Assembly (NCBI GenBank): GCA_002269645.1
Contig: NIVC01002959.1
Span: 1 to 64,000 of the forward strand
Source of the DNA: Macrostomum lignano
Lineage: Eukaryota
Direction of reading: 5' to 3'
Length of the DNA: 64,000 nucleotides
Shown: in pieces, positions 61,046 to 64,000 of the stretch
Layout: each line of letters begins with the position of its first letter
Numbering within the stretch: the first letter of the stretch is position 1
Notes under the pieces: model-generated
The model's database searches: none
The model's input: the letters and a program-made list of their open reading frames with translations, nothing else
Told to the model about the DNA's origin: nothing
Program-made: the position numbers and the translations under genes

Positions 61046-62277
61046 CCATTTTTTATTCTCCTTGTCACATTACCATACTTTTCACTCGTATTTTCACTTA
61101 ACTTGTCACTGTGTTTGCTGCTCTCAGCAAAGTACACTTTGCCAAAGCTTGAGCCCGGCCGGCCCCCATCATCTTAACTTACATTAGTGCTACAAAACTA
61201 AAGTTGCTGACTCAAGTTGCTGGGACTTGTTGCTAATAAATTTTCTGCTTTCTCAGGCAGCTTTTTTCTATTCTCTATAGCTGGTAACTTTTATTTGAAA
61301 AAGAAGATATGAAAACGATAGAATTATTACAAAGCCACATTTCATTGTTTAATCCTGAGCAGTCCGAGGCTGCCTGAGTCTAGAATTAACAGTGTCTGCA
61401 ATAAAACACCTCTCGTCCACTTCTATTGTATTTATGTACAAAACTCTGTCTGCTTTTTGACACTCCATTTTCAAAGCGCCAAGGACTCTTTGAGTAGACT
61501 GGACCTGAAACACCTTCCGCGTTAAAAAAATCTGAGCTCAGTTTTGAGCAACCTTGGTACGATGAAGGTCAGGTGACCTGCCTTGACCCTCAGAGGCAAC
61601 TGAAAATCAGCCAATATCCACCTGGTAACTGTGATCATTTTGCTTAGTTTAATATTGAAGTTCGAAATGCGTATCAAAGTGTAAAATTAAATCAGAAGGT
61701 TACTAAAGTTATTAATTTGTTAAGTTCATTCAGCAATCTGCAAGCAAATGTGACTCCTGACTCCTCATGACTTTCTAATCGTCATCACCCACTGCTTTCT
61801 TGCCCGCCTGGCTCCCAGTCCAGGTCTACATCGGAAGTCCATGGAAGGTCTCTTAGAAAAATTGTTTGGCACACTGGCATAAATAGGAAATGGCGCGGTA
61901 GGTGCGAAATACCTGCACAATGCCGCAGCAAACCTCTGCAGTCACTATTTTGTAATTGTCGTCCACGTGGGCTCCAACATTATTGCCACTTAACTAGCTA
62001 ATTAAGGCTTGTGTTGCCTGATGGGGCTTCAATGATGCGCCGCTTTTGAGCTTTCTTGACCAAGCAACCACCTCACCTCCGCAGAGGCATTTGAAATGAG
62101 TGAAATGCACAAAACGCTTCTTTGCTTAACCATAAAATCTTTTGGTGCAGCGGTACTCGAAGTGGACGGTCATAATTGCAATGTAGAATAGAGATTACTA
62201 GCTTTGAGCTGTGAAACTATTCTCTCTAGTGGCGCTGATGCGATGCTTACTTATTACTCTGAAAGTTTATTCCTTAT

Positions 62278-63307
62278 GTTGTGTCACTCTGTCTCTAGCT
62301 GTGTTTGTGTCACTCTGTCTCTATCTGTGTTTGTGTCACACTGTCTCTAGCTGTGTTTGTGTCACTCTGTCTCTAGCTGTGTTTGTGTCACTCTGTCTCT
62401 AGCTGTGTTTGTGTCACTCTGTCTTTAGCTGTGTTTGTGTCACTCTGTCTCTAGCTGTGCTTGTGTCACTCTGTCTCTAGCTGTGTTTGTGTCACTCTGT
62501 CTCTAGCTGTGTTTGTGTCACTCTGTCTCTAGCTGTGTTTTGTGTCACTCTGTGTCTAGCTGTGTTTGTGTCACTCTGTCTCTAGCTGTGTTTGTGTCAC
62601 TCTGTGTCTAGCTGTGTTTGTGTCACTCTGTCTCTAGCTGTGCTTGTGTCACTCTGTCTCTAGCTGTGTTTGTGTCACTCTGTCTCTAGCTGTGTTTGTG
62701 TCACTCTGTCTCTAGCTGTGTTTTGTGTCACTCTGTGTCTAGCTGTGCTTGTGTCACTCTGTCTCTAGCTGTGTTTGTGTCACTCTGTCTCTAGCTGTGT
62801 TTGTGTCACTCTGTCTCTAGCTGTGTTTTGTGTCACTCTGTCTCTGGCTGTGTTTGTGTCACTCTGTCTCTAGCTGTGTTTGTGTCACTCTGTCTCTAGC
62901 TGTGTTTGTGTCACTCTGTCTAGCTGTGTCTATGTCACTCTGTCTCTAGCTGTGTTTTGTGTCACTCTGTGTCTAGCTGTGTTTGTGTCACTCTGTCTCT
63001 AGCTGTGTTTGTGTCACTCTGTCTCTAGCTGTGTTTGTGTCACTCTGTCTCTAGCTGTGTTTTGTGTCACTCTGTCTCTGGCTGTGTTTGTGTCACTCTG
63101 TCTCTAGCTGTGTTTGTGTCACTCTGTCTCTGGCTGTGTTTGTGTCACTCTGTCTCTAGCTGTGTTTGTGTCACTCTGTCTCTAGCTGTGTTTTGTGTCA
63201 CTCTGTCTCTAGCTGTGTTTGTGTCACTCTGTGTCTAGCTGTGTTTGTGTCACTCTGTCTAGCTGTGTTTGTATCACTCTGTCTCTAGCTGTGTTTGTAT
63301 CACTCTG
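62278..63307. repeat. Minisatellite, 26 bp unit (GTCACTCTGTCTCTAGCTGTGTTTGT)
   Basis: Directly visible. Confidence 0.95.
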
Positions 63308-64000
63308 AAAGTGTCACTCCATCTATGGCTGTGCCTGAGTGTGCCCTATTAATCTGCTAAAATTGCATTTGCTTTAATTTCACATTGCACTGAGCATTTT
63401 AAGATTTTAAAAGCGAGAAAATGAATGCAATTTAATTTTTTGTTCACATTATAACAACAGTTGTTGACAGAGTTGTCAGATTGTGATTTTTATAGCTTAT
63501 ATTTATTTAGTATTTTTATATTTATACGGTTACAGTTTTAATCAGATAGCAAAGCATATATGAACACATTACACAGAGCAAGAATCATAGCTATCATTGC
63601 AAATATCATATACAACTACAGATCATATGCATAGTAATATGAATGTATTTTACTAAACAACCAAGTCCGAACGCTATGAATTTCACTTGCAAGAATTTAA
63701 TAATGACAAGCAACTTGGGACCTGGCAAACTATTTTCTCAGATATATTTTAGCTCTTTTGAAAGCAAAGAGAGGTTGTCTTCATCAAGGCATTCGCTGAT
63801 GCTAATATTTATGATTAATGCACAAATTATTGAATAAATCATAGCATCACTGACAACATTTTAGTCTTTGTTGTGTTTGTGAGGTGCGGTGTTAATATTA
63901 ATTAACGATATTTTTAGCATGTTGAATACTGCATGGACAAGAGACAAGTAAACACGAATAATATATATAATATTTATTTTATTTATAGATGCATACGTAC

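Overview
Eukaryotic (animal) DNA, not prokaryotic. GC-rich exons, GT-AG introns packed with minisatellites and an NPF gene with the conserved NPY/NPF intron suggest a flatworm such as Macrostomum (inference). I assembled five spliced or intact protein-coding genes by hand. (1) A secreted WSC + PAN/Apple-like protein (-, 2 exons). (2) A divergent PKA-regulatory-subunit-like protein with two cyclic-nucleotide-binding domains (+, 3 exons); its 9.3 kb first intron holds three head-to-tail non-autonomous Helitron copies. (3) A neuropeptide F/Y precursor that lacks the amide-donor glycine (+, 2 coding exons). (4) Mitochondrial uncoupling protein 4 (-, 6 exons). (5) An intronless ZMIZ/tonalli-like SP-RING protein (+). 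Between UCP4 and ZMIZ lies a strongly CpG-depleted 14 kb domain containing an internally deleted Gypsy LTR element with an extra ORF and a nest of TIR elements. The last 18.5 kb has no recognisable exon: unique spacers alternate with about ten tandem arrays, most sharing a TCACTC core on one strand. Most long ORFs in the supplied track are artefacts of repeats. The strongest candidates for novelty are the non-amidatable NPF, the PKA-R-like protein without docking domain or inhibitory RRxS site, the Helitron trimer with non-identical junctions, the CpG-decay domain, and the shared-core minisatellite cluster.
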